DNA from: an uncultured Gammaproteobacteria bacterium
GTDB taxonomy: Bacteria; Pseudomonadota; Gammaproteobacteria; Steroidobacterales; Foliamicaceae
Assembly (NCBI GenBank): GCA_951828235.1
Contig: OX639965.1
Coordinates: 515,191-579,190 of the forward strand
Reading direction: 5' to 3'
Length of the DNA stretch: 64,000 bases
In this document: one piece after another, positions 41,369 to 51,133 of the stretch
Position numbering within the stretch: position 1 is the first letter of the stretch
Layout: each line of letters starts with the position of its first letter
Position numbers and translations under genes: made by a program
Notes under the pieces: model-generated
What the model was told of the DNA's origin: nothing
The model's database searches: none
Seen by the model: only the letters and a program-made list of their open reading frames with translations

Positions 41369-42220
41369 TTACCCGGCCAGTTCGGCCACGAAAGCGTCGA
41401 AAGTGCGCAGCGGGTGGCCGACGGCCATGCGCGACGCGGCCACCTCGCCTTCGCTGGCGGCCGGGCCGTGCGCCTGCTGGGCCAGGAACATCTTCTTCAG
41501 CGATTCCAGCAGCCAGGGCGGGATAAACGCCTTGACGGACTCGCCCCATTTCTCCACATCATCGCCGCCGTAGAAGACCTCGCGCCCGAAGTGCTTCGCG
41601 TAAACCGCCGCGGCGCCGGGACCGCTGACCGTGTCCGGCCCGTGCAGATCGTATTCCGCCCCTGAATGCCCGTCTTCGGTCAATGCGCGCGCGGCGCAAT
41701 CGGCGATGTCCCGGGTGTCCACGCGGTTCTGGCCGATCGTCCCGATGGGCATCGGATAGACGCCGAAGTCCTTGACGACGCGGACCACGGAGAGATCGGT
41801 CTGGTTGAAATAACTCGGGCGCAGAATCGTGTACTCCGCGCCGCTTTCCCGGATCGCCGCCTCGATGGGCAATTTGCTCCGGCTGTGCGGAATCGGGGGC
41901 TCCTGGTCGGGGTTATGCACCGACAGGTAGACAATCCTCTCGACTCCGGCCGACTTCGCGGCGTTAACGGCGTTCAGGCCGCGCTGAGTTTCCGTTTCCC
42001 CGTTGGCGGTGATCAGAAAGAAACGATCCACCCCGTCGAGAGCCGCGTCCAGGCCGCTGCCGGTTTCGAGGTCCGCGATGGCCCCTTCGGCGCCTTCGGG
42101 AAGGGCGCTGAACTTGTCTTCCGAGCGGCTCAGCGCGCGTACCGCTTCGCCCCGGGAAAGCAGGGCCGCAACCGTCGGGCGGCCGACATTGCCGGTTGCG
42201 CCGGCTACGAGAATGGTCAT
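41369..42220 (-). CDS. NmrA-like/atypical SDR NAD(P)-binding protein
   Basis: ILVAGATGNVG, IVYLS, TILRP, VDTRDIA. Confidence 0.88.
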   Translation of the reverse strand: MTILVAGATGNVGRPTVAALLSRGEAVRALSRSEDKFSALPEGAEGAIADLETGSGLDAALDGVDRFFLITANGETETQRGLNAVNAAKSAGVERIVYLSVHNPDQEPPIPHSRSKLPIEAAIRESGAEYTILRPSYFNQTDLSVVRVVKDFGVYPMPIGTIGQNRVDTRDIADCAARALTEDGHSGAEYDLHGPDTVSGPGAAAVYAKHFGREVFYGGDDVEKWGESVKAFIPPWLLESLKKMFLAQQAHGPAASEGEVAASRMAVGHPLRTFDAFVAELAG

Positions 42221-42330
42221 GTGAAATCGTTCCTTTTGACTGCGGGAAAGCGCCCTGTACATGTTATACGAGTGCGCGGTTTCCGCCGCTTCGGAAACCT
42301 GGCCGTGCGGGCCATTTGCGTTAACAGGCT

Positions 42331-42596
42331 AGTGTGCTGTCCCATAAGTTCGTTGCCTTTCAGAGCGGGCCTGAAGCGTCAATGCAAGGCGCCGTCCGCA
42401 GGGAATACTGCCCGTATTACCCAGGGCGGCAACGCCGCAGTGGCGCTTCAGGCCCGCTCCCGTAGGGCGTGTCCCCTGCGGCGTGTGGCCGCGTTGCGGC
42501 CCTTGGCAATGGGGGCTACCATTCCCGGCGGACCGCGCCTTGCCACACGCCGCAGGGGACACGCTGAAAGGCAACGAACTTATGGGACAGCACACT
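42331..42596. mobile_element. MITE-like element with perfect 33-bp terminal inverted repeats and two internal hairpins
   Basis: agtgtgctgtcccataagttcgttgcctttcag (42331-42363) is the exact reverse complement of 42564-42596; internal IRs 42364-42378/42444-42458 and 42468-42489/42542-42563; no transposase. Confidence 0.85.
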
Positions 42597-42611
42597 GAGA
42601 TATCGGGCGCA

Positions 42612-43532
42612 ATGACCAACCTGACCGAAGTCGAAAACCGGGCCGGCATTGCCCGAATCACCTGCGGCTGGAAAAAGCCGGAACTGCCGCTGACCTGGGT
42701 TCGCCGCTACTGGCGGGACGTCCACAGCCCCGCCATTTCCCGCCGCGCAGGGATTTACGACTACCGGCACTACCAGTACGACGATGTCGACCCCGCCCTG
42801 TTGGGCGGAGTGGGAGGCGTGCAGCTCGAATGCTCCCGGGGCGAGCAACTCATGTGGACATCGGACGTTCGCTACCGGGATGATGCCGGCCTGGCGGCCT
42901 TCGACGCCACGCCGCCGCCTGACGTAAAGCCGCACTTGCTCGGCGACATCGAACTCATCGTGGACAGGAGCACGACCTACCGCGCCGTGGGTGCGAACAC
43001 CCGCACCTATGCCGACCGCACGGGCGACGCCACGCCCCAGGGTCCGCCCACCGCACCGGCTTACGCCCTGTTCATGCGCCGCCGTAGGGACGAACCCTCG
43101 TTCCGGGAATGCGTCAGGGCCCTGGCCCGGCGCTGGGCGGGCCTCGACGGCGTGCTGCGGGTGCGGATGAGCCTGTTCGACGCCCCGGACATGGAGGCCG
43201 AGCGCAAGGCGGGTTACCCGATCAAGACTCATCCGCCCGAACAGCAATACCAGGCCACGGTTGAAATCGTGCTGGGCGGGCGCGACACGGGCCGCGAACT
43301 GCTCGGTGACCGGGTCGCCGTGGATTGGGCGAGGTCCATCCGCACGATTCACGCGTACCCGGTGGCGGCCTGCTACACCAGCGTTTACGCCGGCCGGCCA
43401 ACTCTCGTGGGGCTGCGCGGGTATGCGGCGAATCAGGCGATCAGCGCGCTTGGCGCGCAAAACCAGGAGGAACCCGGCCTGCTGGAGTGGATGTACGGCG
43501 CCGCGGCGCGGGACGGCGTTTCCGGAGAATGA
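42612..43532 (+). CDS. EthD-domain protein (two domains)
   Basis: WVRRYWRDVHSP motif; the longer ORF-track start lies inside the MITE. Confidence 0.7.
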   Translation: MTNLTEVENRAGIARITCGWKKPELPLTWVRRYWRDVHSPAISRRAGIYDYRHYQYDDVDPALLGGVGGVQLECSRGEQLMWTSDVRYRDDAGLAAFDATPPPDVKPHLLGDIELIVDRSTTYRAVGANTRTYADRTGDATPQGPPTAPAYALFMRRRRDEPSFRECVRALARRWAGLDGVLRVRMSLFDAPDMEAERKAGYPIKTHPPEQQYQATVEIVLGGRDTGRELLGDRVAVDWARSIRTIHAYPVAACYTSVYAGRPTLVGLRGYAANQAISALGAQNQEEPGLLEWMYGAAARDGVSGE

Positions 43533-44896
43533 GCGTGAACCGGACCGTTGCCGAACGCCTGGTGGCCTTTGCCGGGGACCGTGCCGACAGCGGCGTCCCC
43601 GACGACGTGCGCCACGAGGCGAAACGGCTGTTGCTGAACCAGCTCAAGGCTTCGGTGGGCGCGACCGGTCACGAGGTCGTTCGCATCCTCCACGAGTGGG
43701 GCGGCGCGACCGGCGGCGAAGGCAACGCGCGGGTCCTGTGGCTGGGCACCCGGATGGAACCGGGCCGCGCGGCGATGGTGAACGGCGCGCTGTTCGAAGT
43801 GCTTGATTTCCATGACACCTACATTCCCTGCTACATGCACGCCACGTCCGCTGTCCTGCCCGCCGTCCTGGCGGCCGCCGAGTCCCGCGCGAACAGCGCC
43901 CGCGAGATGGTGGAGGCGCTGGCGCTGGGCATCGAAGTGGAACTGGCCTGCGCCCGGGCGCTGATGCCCACCGGCTACTACCGCGGCTTCGTACCGGCCG
44001 GCCTGACCGGCGGGGTAGGCGCCGCCGCCGCCTGCTCGCTGCTGGCGGGCCTGGACAGCGAGCGCATGCGCAACGCCCTGGCGATTGCCATGTGCACGGC
44101 CTTCGGCACCTACGAGTCGGTGGGAAGCATGACCCTCTCCTACATTACCGGCGCCACCGCCATGTCGGGGCTTAACGCGGCCGACTTGGCCGGGCGCGGA
44201 ATGGACGCGCCCGGCACCGCCTTCGAAGGCGACAAGGGAATGCGCGAGTCGTATTCCGACGAACCGGCGGAGAAGATCGAAGAAATCCTCGATTCGCTGG
44301 GAGACCCCTGGTGCATACACGGCCAGAGCTACAAGTCGGTGCCCACCGAAACCATTACGCACGCGCCCATCGAGTGCGCACTTGAGCTGCTGCCGCGCGC
44401 CGGGGGCCGGAAGGTGGAGCGGGTGCGCATCATGGTCGAGCCCATCGTGGTGGACATCTGCGACGAACGCATGGAACGCTTCGGCGATCCGCACAGCGAG
44501 CTCACCGCACGGTTCGACCTGTGTTTCTGCGTCGCGGCGGCCTGGCGGCGCGGACGTTTCACGCTGGACGAGATGCGCGAGCCCGCCTACACCGACCCTG
44601 ACATCCTGGCGCTGCGCTCACGCGTGGAGCTGGTCCGCGACGAGGGCCGCGAGAGTTTTGACGGCTGCTCGATGGAAATCGAGTTCAGCGACGGCACCAC
44701 CGAGTCCACTTCGGTGGACGCGTTCCTCGGCAGCCCCGGCCGGCGGATGAGCGACGAGGAACTTGCCGGGATTTTTCGTGCCGCGGCGGAACCCGTATTG
44801 CCCGCGGGACGGGCGGAAGAGATTCTTGCCGCCGTGTGGGACCTCGAATCGGCGCCGGACATTGACGGCCTGATGCGGCTTTGCCGCGTTGGCTGA
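43529..44896 (+). CDS. MmgE/PrpD family protein
   Basis: AAMVNG..LDFHDT, HATSAVLPAVLAAAE, AFEGDKG, YKSVPTETITHAPIE. Confidence 0.88.
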   Translation: MSVNRTVAERLVAFAGDRADSGVPDDVRHEAKRLLLNQLKASVGATGHEVVRILHEWGGATGGEGNARVLWLGTRMEPGRAAMVNGALFEVLDFHDTYIPCYMHATSAVLPAVLAAAESRANSAREMVEALALGIEVELACARALMPTGYYRGFVPAGLTGGVGAAAACSLLAGLDSERMRNALAIAMCTAFGTYESVGSMTLSYITGATAMSGLNAADLAGRGMDAPGTAFEGDKGMRESYSDEPAEKIEEILDSLGDPWCIHGQSYKSVPTETITHAPIECALELLPRAGGRKVERVRIMVEPIVVDICDERMERFGDPHSELTARFDLCFCVAAAWRRGRFTLDEMREPAYTDPDILALRSRVELVRDEGRESFDGCSMEIEFSDGTTESTSVDAFLGSPGRRMSDEELAGIFRAAAEPVLPAGRAEEILAAVWDLESAPDIDGLMRLCRVG

Positions 44897-45746
44897 GTTG
44901 CCGGCCGTGACGACTGTTTCACTGCCCCGCGGAGAGACGATCTGGTACCAACGCGTCGGCAACGGCGTGCCGGTGCTGCACATTCACGGCTCGGCATTCG
45001 GACACCGGAATTTCGAGCGCCTGACGCCGTTGGTCGCCGCCGACTTCGAGGTGATCGATTTCGACCTTCCCGGCTACGGGCAAAGCGCCGGCGCCCCCCG
45101 GGAAGGCGGCCTGGAAGGCATTGCCGACCAGGTGCATGAGTTCATCGGCGTGCTTGATACGGCGCCGATGCATGTGCATGGAACGTCCTTCGGCGCCATG
45201 GTGGCCCTGATCCTGGCGGCAAAGTACCCGCAGTCGGTCAACCGCCTGGTCCTGAGCTGCTTCCTCGCCCGCTACGACGGCGCGGCCCGCATGATGCGCG
45301 CCACATGGAGACGGGCGGCGCGCGACAGCGGCATGGCGGCCGTATCGGACCTGACGGCCGTGGCCGGTTTCGGCAGGGCGTTCTACGAACGTGAGGAGGC
45401 CGAAGAGCAGCTTGCCTCGATGCGCGAGGCGTTCAGCCGGACCGATCCCGAGGCCTTTGTGCGCGGCACGAAAATGCTGGAGCAGGTGGACTTGAGTCCC
45501 TGGGCCCGGCGCATCAAGGCGCCGACGCTGCTGATCGCGGGGGAAGAAGACAACATGACGCCCTTCGCCCCGGCCGACAGCGGGATCGGATTCTCCAGGA
45601 TCCAACACATGATCCCCGGCTGCGAACTCGCCACGGTGCCCGACAGCGGCCACTACCTGGTGATCGAACAACCGGAAGCCTCGGCGGCCCAGGTCAGGGA
45701 ATTCCTTCGGGCCGGCCCCACGTTCATGTCGGCCGGTCGCCCTTGA
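44889..45746 (+). CDS. Alpha/beta hydrolase
   Basis: HIHG, DLPGYG, GTSFG nucleophile elbow, GEED, SGHY. Confidence 0.88.
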   Translation: MAELPAVTTVSLPRGETIWYQRVGNGVPVLHIHGSAFGHRNFERLTPLVAADFEVIDFDLPGYGQSAGAPREGGLEGIADQVHEFIGVLDTAPMHVHGTSFGAMVALILAAKYPQSVNRLVLSCFLARYDGAARMMRATWRRAARDSGMAAVSDLTAVAGFGRAFYEREEAEEQLASMREAFSRTDPEAFVRGTKMLEQVDLSPWARRIKAPTLLIAGEEDNMTPFAPADSGIGFSRIQHMIPGCELATVPDSGHYLVIEQPEASAAQVREFLRAGPTFMSAGRP

Positions 45747-46608
45747 TCGTGACGCGCCGCCCCTTGCGCCGTTCGGGCCAGTAGTCCCAGATCGCCCGGT
45801 GCATCGCGCAGCGGTTGTCCCAGAAGGCGACGTCGTTGCGTTCCCAGCGATACCTGATCTGAAAGTCGATGCCTTCGCAGTGATCGAAGAGGAATCCGAG
45901 CAGCGCTTCGCTCTCGGCCGCTTCGAGTTCTTTGATCCGGGTCGTGAACGTGCGGTTTACAAAAAGCGTCTTTCGGCCGGTCTCCGGGTGCGTACGGACG
46001 ACGGGGTGAATCGCGCTTGGATATTCCCTGGCGATGTCGTCTACGCCGCGATCGGAGTAGCGCTCGCGGTAGACGTGCTCGGATTCGTGCAGGGCACTCA
46101 GTCCTTCGAGCATCCGCTTCATCGGCTCCGATAGAGCGTCATAGGCCGCGTACATGTTGGCGAATAGCGTGTCGCCGCCTACCGGAGGGAGGATGTGCAG
46201 TTGCAGGATCGTGCCGAGCGGCGGCACTTCGTCGCAGGACACGTCGGAGTGCCAGAATTCGCCGTTGGCGATCTTCGAGTTCCTGCCCACGTAGATTTCG
46301 AAGATTTCGGGGTAGCCCGCCATCTGAGGGGCGGCGGGGTGCATGTGAAGCTCGCCGAACATCCTGCCAATCTCGATTTGAGTTCGCGGGGAAATCTCCG
46401 TCTGGTCCTTGAAGAACAGCACCTGGTGCGCGAGCAGGGCCGCGCGAACCTGCTCGTACGTCGCGAGATCAAGGCCGCCCGCGAGATCGACGCCCCTGAC
46501 TTCGGCGCCGAGCGCGGGCGCGTAGCGCCTGATGTCGAGTGCGGACCCGGCACCATCACGGGTTGTTCGCGCGTTCAAAAGCGTTTCGGCATCTTCGATC
46601 GAACCCAT
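45724..46608 (-). CDS. TauD/TfdA family Fe(II)/2-oxoglutarate dioxygenase
   Basis: WHSDVS, GGDTLFA, HPVVRTHPETGRK, FWDNRCAMHRA; start codon uncertain. Confidence 0.92.
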   Translation of the reverse strand: MGSIEDAETLLNARTTRDGAGSALDIRRYAPALGAEVRGVDLAGGLDLATYEQVRAALLAHQVLFFKDQTEISPRTQIEIGRMFGELHMHPAAPQMAGYPEIFEIYVGRNSKIANGEFWHSDVSCDEVPPLGTILQLHILPPVGGDTLFANMYAAYDALSEPMKRMLEGLSALHESEHVYRERYSDRGVDDIAREYPSAIHPVVRTHPETGRKTLFVNRTFTTRIKELEAAESEALLGFLFDHCEGIDFQIRYRWERNDVAFWDNRCAMHRAIWDYWPERRKGRRVTIKGDRPT

Positions 46609-46681
46609 GGTACAACCGGGAAGCGTCGCCAACCGCGGCCCTTATCATGGAAAGCCTTCAGCGTCATGCCGGGGAGGAAAC

Positions 46682-48673
46682 GTGAAGCCCGACAACCAGC
46701 CCCACCCAGCTCCATCCGACCGGGAGGAACCGGCGCGCGTCAACCGCAGGGATTTCCTTTCGTCCGCAATGGCGGCCGGGCTGGCCGCCACAGGCGCCGG
46801 CGCCGCGGGCAAGGCTTCGGCGCGGCAGGCGGCCGACAATGCGCAGGCGCCCGGCGCCTTGCCGCCCACAGCCGCCCAGGAGGCGATGGAATCGGAAATA
46901 CCCCACGGCTACAGCGCCGATCAGGCGCGCGAGTATTTCGTCCGCAATCCGGGTTCCGATTTCATGCTGGACGTCATCCGGCGGCTCGGTCTCGAATACA
47001 TCGCCACCAATCCGGGTTCCAGCTTCCGCGGACTACAGGAATCCATCGTCAACTACGGCGGCAACCAGGCGCCCGAACTGCTGACCTGCGTGCACGAGGA
47101 ACAGGCGGCGGCCATGGCCCATGGCTACTACAAGGTCAGCGGCAAGCCCATGGGCGTGCTCTGCCACGGCACCGTGGGACTGCAGCACGCTTCCATGGCG
47201 GTCTACAACGCCTGGTGCGACCGGGCGCCGATGATTCTGCTCGCGGGCAACCACCTGGAGGCGACGGAGCGCCGGGCGGGCGTGGAGTGGTCGCATTCCG
47301 CGCAGGACTGCGTGCGGGTCATACGCGATTACATCAAGTGGGACGACATGCCGCTTTCCCTGCAGCACTACGCCGAGTCCATGGCCCGCGCCCTAAAGAT
47401 CGCGATGACGCCGCCGGCGGGACCCGTGGCCGTGGTGCTGGACGGCCATCTGCAGGAGGCCGAGGCGGGCAATCAGCGCCTGAGCCTGTTTTCCGTTTCC
47501 GTCAATCAGCCGCCCACCGGCAACGAGGCCGCGGTCGCCGAGGCGGCGCGCTGGCTGCTGGAAGCGGAATCGCCCGTGATCGTGGCGGACCTGATGGCCC
47601 GCGACCAGGAAGGCGTGGAGCGGCTCGTCGCCCTCGCCGAGGCCTTGCAGGCGCCGGTGGTCAACCAGTTCGGACGCATGAACTTCCCGAACACGCACTA
47701 CCTCTCGCAGGGTTCGACCGCGGTGGCCCAGGCCGACGTGGTGCTCGGGCTGGAACTCTTCGATGTCTGGGGCGTGATCAACACCGTGCGCGACCGGGTC
47801 CACCGCGACAGCGTGCGCAAGGCGCGGCCGGACGCCCGCGTGATCAGCATCGGCTCCAACGACCTGTTCACGAAGTCCAACTACCAGAATTTCCAGCGTT
47901 TCTATCCGTCGGACCTCTCCATCGCCGGGGACGCGCAGGCCACGTTGCCGATGTTGACCGATGCCGTGCTCTCGGGGATGCGGCCTGCGAGACGCGCGAC
48001 CAACGCCGCCAGGGAAGCACGCTGGAGGGAGGCCCACTCGCTCGCCCGCGCGCAGGCCCTGGACGAGGCGCGCTACGGCTGGAACGCCAGTCCGGTGAGC
48101 ACGGCCCGCCTCTACGCCGAACTGTGGAACGTGGTGAAGGACCGGGACTGGGCGCTGGTCTCGGACGACGGTGCGCAAAGCCGCTGGGCCCGCCGGCTAT
48201 GGCCCATCGACAGGCACTATCAGTACATCGGCCGTTCGGGCGGCGCCGGACTCGGCTATGGGGCGCCGGCGGCCATCGGCGCGGCGCTGGCCCACCGCGC
48301 CGAGGGGCGGTTCGCGGTCAACGTGCAGAAGGACGGAGACCTGATGTACACACCGGGCGCATTCTGGACCGCCGCGTATCACCGCATTCCGCTGTTGACG
48401 GTAACCCACAACAACCAGGGATATCACCAGGAATTCATGCACCTGCAGCGCATGGCGGCGCGGCGGCAGCGTGGGATCGACAGCAGTTGGCGGGTGGGCA
48501 ACGAATTGCGCAATCCCGACATCGACTTTTCCCGCATGGCCGGCGCCATGGGCGTGTGGGGGGAAGGCCCGATTACCGACCCGGACGACCTGGGCCCGGC
48601 CCTGGCCCGCGCCGCGGAGGTCGTCGACGGCGGAGAACCGGCCTTCGTCGACGTTCGCTGCCAGCCGAGATGA
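46682..48673 (+). CDS. ThDP-binding enzyme with Tat signal
   Basis: NRRDFL leader; NPGSSFRGLQES, HEE catalytic Glu, KDG-X24-NN ThDP motif; GGAGG before the GTG. Confidence 0.88.
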   Translation: MKPDNQPHPAPSDREEPARVNRRDFLSSAMAAGLAATGAGAAGKASARQAADNAQAPGALPPTAAQEAMESEIPHGYSADQAREYFVRNPGSDFMLDVIRRLGLEYIATNPGSSFRGLQESIVNYGGNQAPELLTCVHEEQAAAMAHGYYKVSGKPMGVLCHGTVGLQHASMAVYNAWCDRAPMILLAGNHLEATERRAGVEWSHSAQDCVRVIRDYIKWDDMPLSLQHYAESMARALKIAMTPPAGPVAVVLDGHLQEAEAGNQRLSLFSVSVNQPPTGNEAAVAEAARWLLEAESPVIVADLMARDQEGVERLVALAEALQAPVVNQFGRMNFPNTHYLSQGSTAVAQADVVLGLELFDVWGVINTVRDRVHRDSVRKARPDARVISIGSNDLFTKSNYQNFQRFYPSDLSIAGDAQATLPMLTDAVLSGMRPARRATNAAREARWREAHSLARAQALDEARYGWNASPVSTARLYAELWNVVKDRDWALVSDDGAQSRWARRLWPIDRHYQYIGRSGGAGLGYGAPAAIGAALAHRAEGRFAVNVQKDGDLMYTPGAFWTAAYHRIPLLTVTHNNQGYHQEFMHLQRMAARRQRGIDSSWRVGNELRNPDIDFSRMAGAMGVWGEGPITDPDDLGPALARAAEVVDGGEPAFVDVRCQPR

Positions 48674-49044
48674 GCGCGTTTTCGCGAATCGCCCAGTCAC
48701 CGGGCCTCGCTGTTCCGGTCCTGCTGTTATGGACGCTTGGTTGGGCGCTTGCGTCGGCTGAGGAGCCCGCGGACGACGTCCGGAAGGGCCGAGCGCTGTA
48801 TGTGAGCCAGCAGTGCTGGCAGTGTCACGGCCATGAAGGACAGGGAGGCGTAGCCGGCAATCGCATCGCTCCGACGCGGTATCCCTATGAAGCGTTTGCG
48901 CGGCTGGTGCGGTTTACGAACCTGATGCCGGCCTATTCGCCGAAGGTGCTCAGCGACGAGCAGCTCCGGCTGATCTATGCCTACGTGCGTTCCATGCCGG
49001 AACCGCCGCCGCTGGAAGAGATCCCCGAACTGGATTTCGACTAA
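48670..49044 (+). CDS. Monoheme class I cytochrome c
   Basis: Signal peptide, CWQCH, distal LMPAY Met; ATGA overlap with the ThDP gene. Confidence 0.88.
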   Translation: MSAFSRIAQSPGLAVPVLLLWTLGWALASAEEPADDVRKGRALYVSQQCWQCHGHEGQGGVAGNRIAPTRYPYEAFARLVRFTNLMPAYSPKVLSDEQLRLIYAYVRSMPEPPPLEEIPELDFD

Positions 49045-50201
49045 ATCGCGCAGTTCGTCGCGTCGAAACCGTAGACCCAGTCGGTGCTGGCGGCGCGCTG
49101 GCGCTTCTTGTCGCCGCTCAGGCGCTGATACAGGCTGGTCTGCGCCCTGGATTGCAGGATGACGCGGGCCGTGCGCTCGCGGCGCACCGCCTGGTAGCGT
49201 GACAGCGCCACCTCGAGATCGTCGTAGGCTTCAACGCACCGCGCCAGGATCACGGCATCCTCTATCGCCATGGCCGAGCCCTGCGCCATGAAGGGCAGCA
49301 TGGGATGAGCCGCGTCGCCCAGCAGCGCGATCCGTCCGTAAACCCATTGCTCCAGCGGGTCCCGGTCGAACAGGCCCCACTTGTAGAGCGCGCCTGCGGG
49401 AGTCGCCTCAAGCAGGGACTGCACGTCTTCATGCCAGCCGGCGAACCCGGCGCGCAGTTCACTGCGCTTCGCCGGGCGCGTCCAGCCCTCCCCGGTCCAG
49501 CGGTCCTGGACCGCGATGGCCACGTAGTTGACCAGCGAGCCGCCGCGCAGCACGTACTGCACGATGTGGCGATCGCGGCCGATCCACACTACCGATTCTC
49601 TTGCGGTCACGCGCTCCGGCAGGCCGTCCGCCGGCACCAGCGAGCGCCACGCCACCTGGCCGCGAAAACGGGGTTCCGCGCCCGCAAGAAGCCGGCCGCG
49701 CAGGGTCGACCGAATTCCGTCGCAGGCCAGCAGCAGATCGCCCACGGCGGCATCACCGTTTCTGAACTGCACGGTGACCTCCCCGCCCTCCTGTGAACAG
49801 TCCCTCGCCATGCGGCCGGCACTCAATTCGGCAGCGCCCTGCGCCCGCACGGCGGCCAGCAGCACATCCAGAAGGTCGCTGCGATGGATGTGGAAATACG
49901 GGGCGCCGTAGGCCGTTTCCATCGCTTCCGCCAGTGGCGCGTCGCCGATCACGCTGGCGTCGTCGAAGCGCCGGTACACGGAGGCGGACGGACGCAGGGC
50001 GGCGCGATCAAGGGCCGCCTCCAGGCCGAGATGGCGCAGCACGCGGGTGGCATTGGGTGTCAGCATGATGCCGGCGCCGATCTCGCTGAATTCCGGCGCC
50101 TGTTCGTACACCGCCACCCGGTACCCCGCCCGGCCCAGGGCCAGCGCGGCGGTCAGGCCCCCGATGCCGCCGCCGACGATGAGTACGCGCTCCGGCTTCA
50201 T
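49041..50201 (-). CDS. FAD-dependent monooxygenase (salicylate hydroxylase-like, group A)
   Basis: GGGIGG, DGIRS, LLGDAAHPMLPFMAQG. Confidence 0.92.
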   Translation of the reverse strand: MKPERVLIVGGGIGGLTAALALGRAGYRVAVYEQAPEFSEIGAGIMLTPNATRVLRHLGLEAALDRAALRPSASVYRRFDDASVIGDAPLAEAMETAYGAPYFHIHRSDLLDVLLAAVRAQGAAELSAGRMARDCSQEGGEVTVQFRNGDAAVGDLLLACDGIRSTLRGRLLAGAEPRFRGQVAWRSLVPADGLPERVTARESVVWIGRDRHIVQYVLRGGSLVNYVAIAVQDRWTGEGWTRPAKRSELRAGFAGWHEDVQSLLEATPAGALYKWGLFDRDPLEQWVYGRIALLGDAAHPMLPFMAQGSAMAIEDAVILARCVEAYDDLEVALSRYQAVRRERTARVILQSRAQTSLYQRLSGDKKRQRAASTDWVYGFDATNCAI

Positions 50202-50219
50202 GCTCGGGCCCCGACGCCC

Positions 50220-51074
50220 CTAGTCTTTCAGCAGGAAATCGGCGATTGCGGCCCGAATTCGCCCCCGTGCGGGCTGCAGATGAGCGTAGTCGCCGCCGCC
50301 CGGCACCACCACCAGGGCCTTGTCCTCCGTCGGCAGCCGCTCGAAGTACTCGGCCCGCTGTATCCCCCCGTGCATGTAGGCGGCCTTGCCGGCGCCGCTG
50401 CCGTAGATCATCAACACCGGGCAGGTCAGCGCTTCGGGATCGGCGGGAATGCTGCCTCTGGCGTTTTCCCGCCGAATGCCGTTGGGCGAGCGCGGCTCAT
50501 GCGCGGCCACGTAGTCCGCCAGCGCGCGGCGCATTTTCTCCGACCCGTACTGCGCTTCGCGCTCGAAGAAGTACTCCCAGCCGCCGCTCCACCACGGCTC
50601 CTCGGGGTCGAAGGGAATCAGGTTGCCGCCCCCGAGCGCCGGATCCAGCAGGACCATGCGCGCCACCCGCTCCGGGTGCTGTTCGCCGTACCGGGCGACG
50701 ATGCGCCCGCCCCATGACCAGCCCAGAAGATGGGGACGGGAGTGACCTTCGGCCGCCAGCCAGTCCATGACGCCCGCAAGGTCCTCGATCGCCACGTCGG
50801 TATCGACCGTGAGCGGGTCTTCGGGCGCATCGGACCGAGCGTAGCCGCGCAGGGCAAAAGTCACGGCAGCCAGTCCGCGGACCGCCAGGGCGTCCATCAG
50901 CGAATAGTCCTCGCCGCCGGGGAAATTGAGGTCGAATCCCGCCTGGCCGCTCAAATTTGCGCCCTGCACCAGCACCACGACATGGCCGCACCCCGGCGCA
51001 AGGCCCTTGCTGCGGGCCGCCAGCTTCCCGACCGGCCCCGGCACGAAGAAATCACGGCTTTCGGTCATGGTCAT
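50220..51074 (-). CDS. Alpha/beta hydrolase fold protein
   Basis: ALRGYARS, GWSWGG elbow, LMIYG. Confidence 0.82.
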   Translation of the reverse strand: MTMTESRDFFVPGPVGKLAARSKGLAPGCGHVVVLVQGANLSGQAGFDLNFPGGEDYSLMDALAVRGLAAVTFALRGYARSDAPEDPLTVDTDVAIEDLAGVMDWLAAEGHSRPHLLGWSWGGRIVARYGEQHPERVARMVLLDPALGGGNLIPFDPEEPWWSGGWEYFFEREAQYGSEKMRRALADYVAAHEPRSPNGIRRENARGSIPADPEALTCPVLMIYGSGAGKAAYMHGGIQRAEYFERLPTEDKALVVVPGGGDYAHLQPARGRIRAAIADFLLKD

Positions 51075-51133
51075 CGCTGCACGGCGAGCCCGCATGATAC
51101 ATTCGCAGTCCACGCGGGCACCGGGTGCGGGAG

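Noticed and set aside
42483-42611. EthD ORF start at 42483
   Set aside because: It lies within the MITE hairpins; the extension is element-derived.
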